From: Camelus ferus
Lineage: Eukaryota
Direction of reading: 5' to 3'
Assembly: GCF_009834535.1 (NCBI RefSeq)
Contig: NC_045696.1
Coordinates: 7,442,001 to 7,506,000 of the forward strand
Length of the DNA: 64,000 nucleotides
Shown here: positions 52,321-64,000 of the stretch, piece by piece
How positions within the stretch are numbered: the stretch's first letter is position 1
Layout of the letters: each line of letters starts with the position of its first letter
Translations under genes and position numbers: made by a program
Notes under the pieces: model-generated
Database searches by the model: none
What the model saw: only the letters and a program-made list of their open reading frames with translations
Told to the model about the DNA's origin: nothing

Positions 52321-53666
52321 TAAAATGTGTGAAAACAAAAACCTGGGAAACTACTTTCTAAAATGTATTTAATATAACAAATGAAGAATTTAAAATAACT
52401 ACTGCAACATTTTGGCTCTCATGAATGTTAAAATGAGATGTTATTTGAAACACTAGTCTCATAAAAATTTAATAAACTTTATTAAACTGCAATAGGTAAT
52501 AACCAAAATTTATGCTGAAAATTTACCAGACCTCATTTTTTTATTTTAAGCTGTTCTATAAAAAAGGTTTTTTTAAGTGGTAAATAATAACTTTACTGCA
52601 ACCAAACTATAGTTGTGCCTCTAGCCAAATATATTCATTTCCAAGGCAAAAGTAGTCCCTAAAACTTAAGATTGAAGAAAGCGTTTCGGAAGATCACCAA
52701 ATAAAGTAAACTAGTACTAAAGCGACAGAATAAGATTATAGAACAAAAACCTGGACTTTGAGATCAGAAAGACCTACTTCACATCTAGGTTCTACTGCTT
52801 ACTAAAGAAACGTCACCTAACCTCTCAAAGTTTTACTTAGCTCATTTCTAAAATAGGAGCTACTTTGCAGGACTACTTTCACAGCAGCTACTTTGCAGGG
52901 CTTATATAAAGAAGAGAGAACAGAGTCAGAAATGAGCCCACGTGGGTGCGCAATACATGATACTGATCCTCTGCTCCCACCATAAAACATAGCCTATAAT
53001 TAAAAACCTCCAAAACCAGGAAGAGAACCACCTTTACCCTGTGTAAGACAGCCCAGCGTCTAACAAACATCAGAAAAACCTGTCTTGATGTTTAAACTTA
53101 GTTACTAACACTTAGGTGAAGAATATAAAGTGTGCCCTCTTCTCAGTGGAAATGGGAAATTATCAGTCATCATCAACTAAAGAGCCAATACTTCCTGTTT
53201 CAAGATTCCAGTAACTACTATAAAAAAAAACACTGCTAACATTCAAATGCTTTAGAGAAAAACATTTCAGAAAGTAGGAAAACACGTAAGGCAGTTTCAT
53301 CATAAATGAGAATTAAAGATTCATCAGAGAGATGAAAATCGTAATCTTAACTCAGTTTCTTACTTCTCCTCTGAATGAAAATACATGAGTCCAAGTTGCG
53401 GACTCTTTCTTTGGGTATACGTATGACATCCATTTGGTAAGATTTTTTTAAAAGTGTAACATCACAGAAATAATTAAGACAGAAAATACAGAATAAAATT
53501 AACTACAAGGTTAAAGTTCTTTTATTCAGGCTTTTCTCTTACTCAGAGAAAAATATTTTTTTAAATCCTAAGATAAGTAAGAAATCACATAGCTACATAT
53601 TCTATTTTCCAAACTAATACCTTTATAAAACTGAGTCAGGTAACAATTTAAAGCATTTATACTTAC

Positions 53667-53787
53667 ATTCAGTAAAGAAAATACTTAACATAGGCCAACA
53701 ATTGTCAACTGCTCCTAATTTAGGTAGAATTGTTACATCGCCTGTGTATTTCACCCAATTCAAAGCTTCTTCCATTGCTAAGATTTT
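53667..53787 (-). CDS. TTC3: TTC3 coding exon 6
   Basis: aacag|KILAMEEALNWVKYTGDVTILPKLGAVDNCWPMLSIFFTE|GTAAGT; 121 nt. Confidence 0.96.
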
Positions 53788-54784
53788 CTGTTTCAAAAAG
53801 AGGATGAAGAATGTGATTTTGGTAGTAACTATAAGTTTACATGTGGCACTATAAACGTATCTTTTATATATACATATATAGTATTTCAGATTCTTAATAC
53901 AAAACTTGTACAAACCTCACATTTTCATTACTCTAGCATGCAACCTAGAATAGCTAGACTCCAACACACAAGATAACAGACACCACAGACTCACATATGT
54001 TTCATCTTCAGGTAACCTCAGACCACCCTCAAAGCTCAGGATGCTGTTGCAATGATTACAGACCTGGAAGGTGAGGTCTACAAACCTGGTCAGAGGCTAC
54101 CCTGGGTAGCAGGAGAATGTAATAACACTAGATAAATGAGGAGTCTCAGATCTCATCTAAACTACAACCTCCATCCTTACTGCAAGATTAAAGGTATAGA
54201 TTAAGGTTCACGAAGAGACTGTATTTTAAATAGTCTGTAGCAAGGAGAATAAGGATATAGACAAAAAGAGGAGGGCATGGCTGGGTAAGTGAGCACTCAG
54301 TGCAAAGAACTTCATGAAGGGTCAAGAGCTCACAAAAATGTTATTCATGCTTCTAGTGTCTGAAATGACTTCTGAAATTAAATAGTGAAGTTATCAATGC
54401 TGGTGTCAGGTGTAAAGAAAACATACAGATGTTTATGTCACTAGTAGCATTAAAAATAGTTTACCATTGTATCTAGGGATTATCTAGTAACTATACATCA
54501 AAAAATGCTCATACCAGGGATGTAATGATTTCACTTGGGAGAACATATGCCAGATAAATAATTTAAAAGAGAAAAAAAATCTGTAATTAAAGCTCCAAAT
54601 TACACTACATATGGGGGGGGGTGAAAATCATACAAACCCCCAAAATACAGAGATTGCTTAGGCAAAATACAAAAATCAGTACTACCAAATGCTGCATATA
54701 AAATGGTGACTCTGTGGACCCAGTACAAGGGGCAATGAAAATCTATTCAGAGTTGTTGTGCTGGATTTCCACGTTAACACTTAC

Positions 54785-54838
54785 ATTTTCTATTTTATAA
54801 CCAATTCTCAATAAGCCTCCAATAAAGAATGAATCATT
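54785..54838 (-). CDS. TTC3: TTC3 coding exon 5
   Basis: tgcag|NDSFFIGGLLRIGYKIEN|GTAAGT; 54 nt. Confidence 0.95.
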
Positions 54839-55736
54839 CTGCAAAACAAACAAACAAAACACATTTTTTTCCTTATTTGGTCAATCATACTTTAATTTTC
54901 CAGTGGACAAAAAAAAAATCCTACATTTCAGTAATACCACTCTGTACAAAGTAGTCCACTTCCCACAAGCACTTTCATGCCCAATTTACCTCTTAAGGAC
55001 TCTAAAATAAGAAGTCAGAAATAGTCTTACATAAGTTTCTAATAATAAAATGATTTAGTGTAACTTTTAGATAGTATGGATTTTAAAGTTCATTACACCT
55101 AAATTTTTTTATAAAATTAAATTGGCTGATATAAGTTACTACCAAGGATTATCTGCAGGAAATAACATCAGAATGCCCTTTCTAAATTTAAGTTTGCAAT
55201 CAGAATTATCAAGAGAAACAGCTGGCTCCATAACCAACTGAAATAAAAAATATTTCACTAACTAACTGAAATAAGAAAAATTAAATGGCTTTCAACAAGG
55301 GGGAAAAATCCTCAGTGCAGTACTAGGATACCTCCTTAAAAGTGACAAGATGAAGTTTACCCCAAAGAAAAAATATTGCTGTGGTGGTGATGACAGTGGT
55401 GTGGATTTAAGTTACAAGACAGAAGCCATCACTCTCAGAACCTGTGACAAAGATTTCTGTGAACCAGGAGGACACTTTCATTCATGACAAATTCCAATTT
55501 CTATCCTTTAAAGACAAGAAGCAGGGTGGTCCTCATGTCATGTCAGAACAATGAAAACAGCCATCTACCTGATCTCTCAAATACACAGCACAAATTCATG
55601 GATTACAGAGTAAGTTCAGGTTAACCAAAACTAAAACCATGACCTGTTAACCACTATAAATTAGTAACACAGGTCTGATACCATATAAATATTTTATATA
55701 CTTGAAATAGGGAAAAAAACACACTCTACCACTTAC

Positions 55737-55821
55737 CACAACTTTCTTTGCCAAATCCACAATATCTTCCATCAATTCAAGATGTTGTAATTTCTTCAAA
55801 CTTATCTCAGAAGCATGAGAA
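55737..55821 (-). CDS. TTC3: TTC3 coding exon 4
   Basis: aacag|SHASEISLKKLQHLELMEDIVDLAKKVV|GTAAGT; 85 nt (acceptor appears shifted by 3 nt, see findings). Confidence 0.9.
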
Positions 55822-56284
55822 CTGTTTAAAGACAAATTTATTTTTTAAGAGATTGGGTTCTCATATATAAAAATCCACTGAATTTTACAATTACATGTTA
55901 TACTTCAATTTAAACTACTTGAAAAAGATTAAGTTCTCTGTTTCCTCACTGTAGGTAATAAGTTCATTAAGTAGACAAAATACTATACCTTTTTCTTCCT
56001 TCTGTATCACAATGCTGGTAATTATAAACAAGCATATTAATTTTTCCTTATTCAGCTTCAAATCTACCATCTAATGCTCTTCAGTTTCATTAATTATAAT
56101 GTTACCATGATTATTCATTCATACCCAAATCCCAAGTATTAACTTTTTCCACTCTATTAAACTAAAGTAGAGTTAATAGTATACACAGATGAGACATAAG
56201 CCTTCCACTGAACTTGGCATTTCTCAGTAGTGGGCAACATGCTTACTATGGTTCATACAAAATGAGTAACATGTAGCAACTTAC

Positions 56285-56435
56285 TTGGCCTCCACACACG
56301 GGTGCAACCGTGATATTACAGAACTGTGCTGACGTTGAAACAGAAGTGGCCAGAAGACATGTATTTTAATGGCATCACAGTAATCTTGTAGGACAGAAAT
56401 AGGTTTACTACACCACATTGTGCAGATGTCAAATT
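56285..56435 (-). CDS. TTC3: TTC3 coding exon 3
   Basis: taag|FDICTMWCSKPISVLQDYCDAIKIHVFWPLLFQRQHSSVISRLHPCVEA(N)|GTAAGT; 151 nt. Confidence 0.95.
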
Positions 56436-56751
56436 CTTAATTAAAAAAAAGAAATTTTAAATTAGTATTTTGTGCATCATTTTGGAATGAATCAACACTT
56501 ACAGAAAAAGGCAAAAATGGATACGGAAAGGTAAGAAATGAACGGATGAAATATTTTAACCTATCAGATACTAAGAATATTTAAGTGTTAGCTAAAACTC
56601 TATTTTAACAAAGAAAATATTTTTTAGTTTATAATGAAAAAGAATAGTAAAAATAAATTTTTAAAAGGTATATAAGCCTGTTATGCTGATGTGAATGGAT
56701 GAACCTTCTTTGACGGTTGTTTCAACAAATTAAAAATAGCAATGTACTCAC

Positions 56752-56794
56752 CTAAGTTTTTCTCACTTTGGGTATAATCTTTATACTGTCTGCC
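56752..56794 (-). CDS. TTC3: TTC3 coding exon 2
   Basis: tttag|GRQYKDYTQSEKNL(E)|GTGAGT; 43 nt. Confidence 0.95.
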
Positions 56795-57187
56795 CTAAAA
56801 AAAGAAAAATATTCTTTTGACTTGTATCTGGTAAAATGCAAAAGTACAGTTCTTGATTTGTAATGTAAAGATTATCAGTACCAAACTAAAAAAAATTCAG
56901 TTCATTTACTTATAAACTTTGAATACAACATCTTCAACCAATGAGCCTTTAGGCTTTTTCCAGTGTTTCCCCCAAATCTGTTTCTATGGCTCTCCCTGAG
57001 AGCCTTCTAATCTCCCGTCAGAAAACAGCCTTTCACCATCACTGGCATGACACATTATCCTTGCTGAGGCACTTCTGAAATGACCTTTTCAAAAACCAAT
57101 CATGTAGAAGTCATGTAAAACCTGTAAAAACTCATGGAGCACAAAAACATCTTTACTCAGATAGCTCTAAATCACAAAACCTTTAAG

Positions 57188-57351
57188 TAAATCTTAAAAG
57201 TTCTCACAAGAAATGTGTAACTGTGTACAGTGATGGATGTTAACTAGACTTACTGTAGTAATTTCACAATATACATGTAAATTGAATCACTGTTATACTA
57301 TACATCTGAAACTAATACAGTATCATATGTCAATTATATCTCAATTACAAA
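57188..57351 (+). mobile_element. 5'-truncated L1 3' end (L1MA-like)
   Basis: gtgatggatgttaactagacttactgtagtaatttcacaatatac...atgtcaattatatctcaatt; TSD aaaacctttaag at 57176-57187 and 57352-57363. Confidence 0.85.
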
Positions 57352-57405
57352 AAAACCTTTAAGAAAACACAATGTTAAAAACAAAAAGTTAACAAATCTA
57401 CTTAC

Positions 57406-57549
57406 CACCCCATCACAGTAAAGCTGAGTCACACGAACATAATCACTGGACGTATGTTCAGGAGCAAAGCCACCATCATCCACATAAGGGCAATCTTCTA
57501 ACAAGGCATAATCTGCTACAGTGAAATCTCTCAGGGCAAAATCGTCCAT
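57406..57549 (-). CDS. TTC3: TTC3 coding exon 1 (ATG; exon begins at 57560 with 11 nt of 5' UTR)
   Basis: cttag|GGTGGTGCACCATGG (good Kozak context); MDDFALRDFTVADYALLEDCPYVDDGGFAPEHTSSDYVRVTQLYCDGV; donor GTG|GTAAGT; 144 nt. Confidence 0.96.
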
Positions 57550-58734
57550 GGTGCACCACCCTAAGGACATAACACAACCCTAAATCAGTAACTGAATCAT
57601 GTGAGATGACATGAGCAGTTTTCCTAGCTTCTATGGTGCATTATAAAAATACTTGGAACTTATGTCCCAAGGAGATAACTCCAATAAGAACACACTTCTG
57701 GAAGATTCTCATCTTCATTTGCTATTCTTTCCCCTTGCCTCTCTTCAAACAGCAGTTCAATCTATTTCTTCTTTTCCTTAGGTACAAAGAGTCACCACCC
57801 CTACTCTGAATTTAACTGTTTACATGTCTCCTTTCGAGGAAAGATAATTATAGGCACCTTATTCATCTCTGTATGTGCCTAGCACATGCTAAGCCCTCAA
57901 ACAAGGGTTTGCTGAATGAACAAAAGACATCTTTCCACCGCTGCCCTTCTACCCCACCTGCTTTCACTGCATCCTGTGAAACACGCCATCTCATCATATA
58001 CAACTGCCACGTTCTCAACCTGGCCAGAACTAAACCCTGACTCCACTGAGAAAATGATTTCCCACCAGCTGCTCATATTCTCCTATCCAGTCCTCAGTGT
58101 GTGTTTCTGAGCTGGGCAGAGGGGCAGAGCTGAAGTGGTACAGGGTGAGCATGTCACTCTCCTAACTCCTCAAGCCGCATCCAGACCTTCCATCCTCCTC
58201 GTAACTGCTGCTCTTGACGCTCTCACAGCTACTACCACACACGGGCGGTCAGCACTGCTTGACTGCATCGGTGGGCCAAAACCCTCAAGTTACCAACAAC
58301 CCCATTTTAAAAGTAATTATTACAGTAGGGGAAAGGGGGAATTAGGCCTGGAGTTTTGGGCTAAGGATTTTTTTCCTGAAGGAAGTTCAATAAAAAAATA
58401 TGTATAGCTATCAGAGAATAGCCACGAAACCTAAATATCACTGAAAGCTGGAGCATCTGATTACTTCTAACTCTTGCCCAAGTAATAGCTTTCTTTTTGA
58501 TCATCACCAGCACCATCACTAACATCATTTTTTAATACCTTTTCACTTCACCACTATTATCCCACTATTATTAGGATAAACCAAATTTCTTTTTTACAAG
58601 CAAGACCACCACAGTCCCTGGAGTACAAATCTGCTTCTTTAATTAACCCTTCTCATTATGTCCAATTTGCTGTATGCCAACCTCACAGTATCAGAAGTGA
58701 AGAACAGTTAACAACCTTCCTAGCAAACCGTTGA

Positions 58735-58950
58735 CACTATTTGTCACATACTGTACCAGGCGTTTCACGTGCACCGCCTCACTAATCGTCACAGCAAGTC
58801 TTTGCAGGTCCAATTATCATCATCTCCACTGTGCAGATGGGAAACAGTTATAGCAAAATTACATAATTCGCTCAAGGTCACTAAGCTAAGAAGGATTTAA
58901 ACCTAGGTCTCCTGATTTATAGTCCCTCCTCTCAAATACTGTATTTCACT
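58735..58950 (-). mobile_element. MIR SINE
   Basis: attatcatcatctccactgtgcagatgggaaacag...ctcaaggtcac...ggatttaaacctaggtctcctga. Confidence 0.7.
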
Positions 58951-59882
58951 ATGTGCTTTCCTTTTTGCCATCTAGTTACCTCTGCTGTTGTCACGTTTAA
59001 GAACACTGGCGACTAGTTCAGTGTTTGCCTCTCTCCTCCAAATTCTCTCATCATCCCAGCCACATCACGCACGTCCACGTGCACGACCCCTTCAAGACCC
59101 TCGCCTTGCAGTGCAACTGCCTCCTCAACTAAAATGAACCTCACAGCCCACCTACCTAGACTCTTCCTAAGGCCACACCTTGGATCACTGCCCAGATCTA
59201 AACCAGTTTTTAAGCCTTTAACCCTGATTAGCTGCCCTCTGACTACAGCCAAGAGTCATTATGCCTCACATCTCCCCTACCTCCTACCATAGACATTCTT
59301 CAACCTCACTGAGAATTCTTCCTCTTTCTCCCATTCATATCCTCCATTACCGTTCCCGTTCATTTTCAGCTTCCTAATATTGGGTTTCCACTTCTACCGT
59401 TCAAGGAAAGCTGCTTCAAAAAAGTCATTAGTGACCTTTTACAGTAGACTGGGTATCTATAGTGTCTGGAACCTGACCTGTTCTGGCTGAACAATATTTT
59501 CAGAATTTAGATAATTTAACTCCAAAAGTAAACAATTGAGTGGAAAAAATTAAAAGACATTTTAGCACTCAAAGTATGGCACATAATATGGGACATATGC
59601 TATTCTGGGAAACATATACCCTTTTAAACTCATTTGTCTTACAAATGTTTTTTGTATATAAATACAGAAAGAGCCAAGAACTGTCTGTCACAGCCCACAC
59701 ATCACCATCATGGTATCAGTTACAATACAGTCAACGTGCTCATACCTGGCAGACTGAGCCACTGTGACACCATGCTGGTCATTCACTGGTTGGCATATCT
59801 CACCGATACCACGGAGGATACCAGCTGTGCCGTAATTACGACACTGGTGTTATTTTTATTTTCTATTCTGTTTAACCAGAGA

Positions 59883-60120
59883 GGCGATGTGGCATAGTGG
59901 TTAAGAGCGTGGACTCTGGAACCAGACTGCCTGGGCTTGAATCCGGGCTCTCCCATTTCCTGAGTGTGATCTTGGACAAGTTACTTAACCTCTCTGTGCC
60001 TTAGTTTCCTCACATATCAAATGAGAACAGCAATGCTACCTACCTGGTTTATCAGTTAACACGGTGCTTTTTATAGCACATGGCATCCAGGAAATGCTAC
60101 AAATAGCAGCTAACATTAAT
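59883..60120 (+). mobile_element. MIR SINE (well preserved 5' half)
   Basis: gcatagtggttaagagcgtggactctggaaccagactgcctgggcttgaatccgggctctcccatttcctgagtgtgatcttggacaagttacttaacctctctgtgccttagtttcctc. Confidence 0.92.
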
Positions 60121-60159
60121 ATTAGAGGAGCACTTTTTTAATCCACTGTTTGGATGCTT

Positions 60160-61570
60160 CCACCTAAATGGTCTACCTTAATTGCTAAGTCCAAAGAGCA
60201 CTTTTCAGCTTACAACTTACTTGACGCTGTTGACCACTTCCTCCTTCTCAGAACTCTTCATCTGGACTCCAAAGACCATCTTCTCCTGGTTCTCCTCCTA
60301 TTCTTCTGGCTGCTCTTCCTCAGTCTCCATGGGCTCTTCTTCTCCATTCCCCGCCACCCAAGTGTCAACTCTCTTCTCTTCTCACGCTTACTCTCTCCTT
60401 GGGTGACCTTACCCACCACACCCACAGCTTACAACAGCACTTTCTGAACTTCCATTGTTTGCACAGCTTCACCACAATTTTTGCCATTTCCACAGATCAC
60501 ATGTATTTTATTTACTTAATATTTCTCTTTTATTGGGCTCACTTGGCCTAAGCGGTAAAAGCCATGATATCATAGGTTTGAAGTACAACTTATGTTTTTC
60601 AGATATGTTAAATTTCTAACTATTAAAAAACGTTTTAAGCGTTTATCTATGCACCACTTTAAATTATCTCATACTGCACTGCAGCAAACAACGGCTGAAA
60701 TGTCCAAATGCTGAAGACTCTCAGATCTCTCCAGGCTGGGCTGCATCTCATGACTTCTAGACTCTCCCTGTCAACTGCCACTAGATCTTAACCAAGATGT
60801 CCCACAAGCCTCTCAGATTCAGTAAATTAAAAAACAAACTTATCTTTTTCCTCAAGAACAAATGAAACCAAGTTCTTTCCTCTTTCTGTATGTTACCAGT
60901 TAATTGCTCTACAGGCCACTTGGTTATCCAAACCAGAAATCTGGAGGTCAATCTAGACTCCCCAGCCTCCTTTAAAATTCCTATTCAACTGACCACAAAG
61001 TCCTGTCACTTCGACTCTTCTAGGAAATCCAAAATTAGCACACATACACTTCTTCATGTCCAGTGCCACTGCCTTAGCTACAGTTTCAACTTTTCTCCCC
61101 TGAACTACTCTAACAGTTCCTAACTGGTGACTTGCCTTCAATCTTGGCATCCTCTAAAACTCTAATCATAACTGTTGCTGCTTAGAATAATTCAATAGCT
61201 TCTCTTCATCTTTAGAATAAAGTCCAAACTCCCTAGATAGCATAGAAGGCCTTTCGTGGTCCTGTTCCTGTTTTTCTCTGGTCACTCCATGACACACAAT
61301 GTAGAAGCTAATCATACTCAACCATTTGTCATTCCTAAACAACCCTTATTCTGCAACCAGAATGCCTACCAGTCCAGGAAGCATTTCCTGAATGTCTCAC
61401 TACCACCAAGTTTATTTTTTGCACCTCTTCTCTGTAAGCCCAGAGGACCCTGCTCATATATTTTGACAGCAGTTTTCATACTGTTTGGTCATTACAGGTT
61501 TATTTCTGTAGGTTGGACATGGGTCCAGAGGGTACACTGTGCCCTACTCACCTTGATTCCCTACCTCAGT
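60160..61570 (+). mobile_element. L2 LINE segment (with a probable internal insertion at about 60430-60700)
   Basis: ttgacgctgttgaccacttcctccttctcagaactctt...ctcctggttctcctccta...; ccaaaccagaaatctggaggtcaatctagactcc. Confidence 0.75.
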
Positions 61571-61889
61571 GTTTCCCAAAATTTTAATTCACATTCCCCA
61601 AAATAGAAAATGCTGCCAAATCCACTTGCCAACTGTACTGTTGCCTATTTAGTATTTTTATTTAGAATAACTCAACTTTTAACATAGACATGAATTTGTT
61701 TTAATAGAAAATTTGATATCACCAAGAAATCTTCTGTTTGATAGGACAGAATTTCTTTCCAATACAAACTAAAATGAATATACTACAAAAATTAACTATT
61801 AATGTAAAGAACTTCTGAGCCCATCAGTTATGATGAACTAATGGGGCAATAAATCACTGCAAAATTAAGTGGATGCTGGACTTTTAAAA

Positions 61890-64000
61890 TTTTTATATTT
61901 TGCTGAGCTCACAGAAATAGGAAACATTTAAAGCCACCCTTTCCCCCAAAAGTAACCACCTCTAGCTAGAAACTAAACCTGACCACCAAGAATAACAAGT
62001 TATAACGCCAAGAGCAGTAGTGGGATCAGGACACTGAGCCATGTGCCAGGAGCAAAGTGAGAGAACTGAAAAGTGGTCCCACATAAAGCTTCCAGCCAAA
62101 GCTAATACAAACCTCATCAAAAGGAAGTATCCCCAGATCAGACTCTCAAGATTCCCACACAGAAAGAACAATCAAGTAAGAGTTCCTAACTGAAAATCTC
62201 CAGGCACGGGAGGTGATAACCCACCATGAGGGAGGCACTAGGAAAAACATGCAATAAATCTAGACCTTTAAGGACATCAGGGATTGTCAGATGCAGTCTA
62301 CAGAATATCTACAGATTCAAAAAAATGAGCAAGCAACAACTTGAGACTATTCAAAATGGCTGGGTATAGCTAAAAAAGAACCAAGTGATACTTTAAGAAT
62401 TTAAAAATATAAACATTAAAAGTAAAAGAAAATAAAATGAGTGGATGAAAGAGAAGACTAGGCACAGGTGAAGAGAAAATTAATGAACAAGATGTGCCTG
62501 ATGAAATTACCCAACACTGGAAGTTCTGGTAGAGATACAAGAAAATGAAAACTATGAAAGATGAAAGTAAGTGATCTGGAAACAGTCAAATACATATATA
62601 TCCAGTTAAATTCCCAGAAGGCAAAAATGGATAAAATCAGAAAGACAATATTTAAAGAACACAGGGCTCAAAATCTTTGATACTTCATGAAAAACAAAAT
62701 TCAGAATCAGGAAACATGTATATCCAATAGGATAAACAAAAAGTAATCACCATCTAGACTTAGAAGGGAAGATGTAACAAGACAGAAAATCCAAAGTACC
62801 CAAAAGAGAAGTTTTATTTTCTTCAAATTAGCATAAATAAAACTGGGAACAGACTGCATGTAGAATAATGCCTTCACCAAAGGAACAGAAAATAAACTAC
62901 CAACCTACAACAGTATACCCATCAAAATTGTATACAAAACTGTATACCCTCTCAAAAACAAGGGTAAAATAATAATTTTAGATTAAAAAAATGAGTTGAC
63001 CACCAAGAGACTTGAACTAACTTCTGAAAATAACAATTAAAGAACATTAATTATCTGACTGGATTAAAAGAAAAATCCAGTAGTAGGTTTCCCATAAGAA
63101 ACACCTGAAATGTAAGGAGGTTAAGAAAAGTGACAGTAAAATGGAAGGAAAAGTTTATTCCAGATAAATTACCACCAAAAGAAAGGTAGGACAGGCAAAA
63201 CAGACAAAAAACAAAACCAGTCATGCAGAGAATCATAGCATGACAGAAAAGGCTCGATCCACTAGGAAAATAATGTTTAGCTTGCATGTGTCTAATCAAA
63301 TAGTCTCAAAATACATAAAAACAAAAACTGTTAGAACTACAGGAAGTCTGTTAGAAGGCAACAGTGGAAGATTGCAACACACTTCCCTCTTAATGAATGC
63401 TAGGTCAAACAAAATAAAGACAAGTCTGAACAACACAATTGCTAAGCCTGATCTAACAGATACACACATAACAACTAGAGAATATAGACTCTTCGTAAGT
63501 ATGTAGAATAGTATTATAATTCACTACGTACAAGGCCATAAAGCAACGGCAAACAAATGTTTTTAGAAAGACAAAATACACACTATACTCTCTGAGAACA
63601 AAACTAAGGAGTAACAAAAAGGAAAAATGTTAATGTAGATATATTTGGAAATTTTAAAACACGTTTCAAAGAAAACTTTAAAACACATTTAAGTCAAAGA
63701 AAAAAATGGAAATTTAAAAAACACTTAAAAGTTAATGAAAACACCATAAATTAAACCGTGTTAAGATAAAACAAAAACGAACTTTGACGAAGTGTATAGA
63801 TTTACATGCTTACAGTAGCAAATAGGAATGGCTGAAAATTAATCATGCAATGTAAATTAGAAAAATATAAGAAAAAACTCAAAGAAGGAAAAGGAAGGAA
63901 ATCATAAAAGAAAAAAAAAGTGAACTAGAAAACAAAAATATAACAGAGGGAACTAATTAGGCCAAAAATTTATCCTTTGCCAAGACTGACAAAACAAACT
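61890..64000 (+). mobile_element. Old L1M 5'/ORF1/ORF2-start remnant, runs off the right edge
   Basis: A-rich degenerate L1: gtgaagagaaaattaatgaacaag (ORF1), ctgaacaacacaattgctaagcctgatctaacagata (ORF2 endonuclease NNTI..DLTD). Confidence 0.7.

Larger units (their letters stand above)
671..57560 (-). other. TTC3: TTC3 gene body (partial: first coding exon through 30th coding exon; continues past the left edge)
   Basis: Spliced translation MDDFALRDFTVADYALLEDCPYVDD...GELMKMKGNEEFSKERFDIAIIYYTRAIE...LDEFFDIMDSRCTVLRKQDSGDMPFNSTKIKNKGKKKKPKDSKPMLVGSGTTSVTANNETVTSGEDH matches the recalled mammalian TTC3 N-terminal half. 30 exons, all GT-AG, phases concatenate without stops. Confidence 0.98.

Noticed and set aside
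57550..57570. ORF-track N-terminal extension MSLGWCT before MDDF
   Set aside because: The ATG at 57570 lies upstream of the acceptor AG at 57561-57562, so it is intronic.
1..64000. CRISPR array, operon or other prokaryotic/phage system
   Set aside because: The sequence is a spliced mammalian gene with mammalian repeats; there is no repeat-spacer array or dense long ORFs.

Overview
AT-rich mammalian genomic DNA. It carries the 5' part of TTC3 (TPR-repeat E3 ubiquitin ligase) on the minus strand. I traced 30 consecutive coding exons, from the start codon (ATG at 57549) to an exon ending at 671. All introns are GT-AG, phases are consistent, and the exons total 3164 nt (about 1054 codons) with no stops. 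The C-terminal half of the gene, including the RING domain, lies beyond coordinate 1, and no CpG-island promoter is visible in the window. The introns are filled with ancient MIR, L2, L1M, MLT1, MER21 and hAT repeats, many short 5'-truncated L1 tails with target-site duplications (TSDs), and two tRNA-Ala-derived SINEs that suggest a camelid genome. The most notable observations are: (1) an 82-bp element with perfect 13-bp terminal inverted repeats (TIRs) and a TTAA duplication (piggyBac-type MITE) inside an L1 3' end; (2) an apparent one-codon deletion of the -3 Arg before the serine equivalent to the human Akt site Ser378; (3) an apparent 3-nt splice-acceptor shift; (4) multi-layer nested transposon stacks. 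Repeat family names and human comparisons come from recalled sequences, not database searches. I found no evidence for a wholly new multi-gene system.
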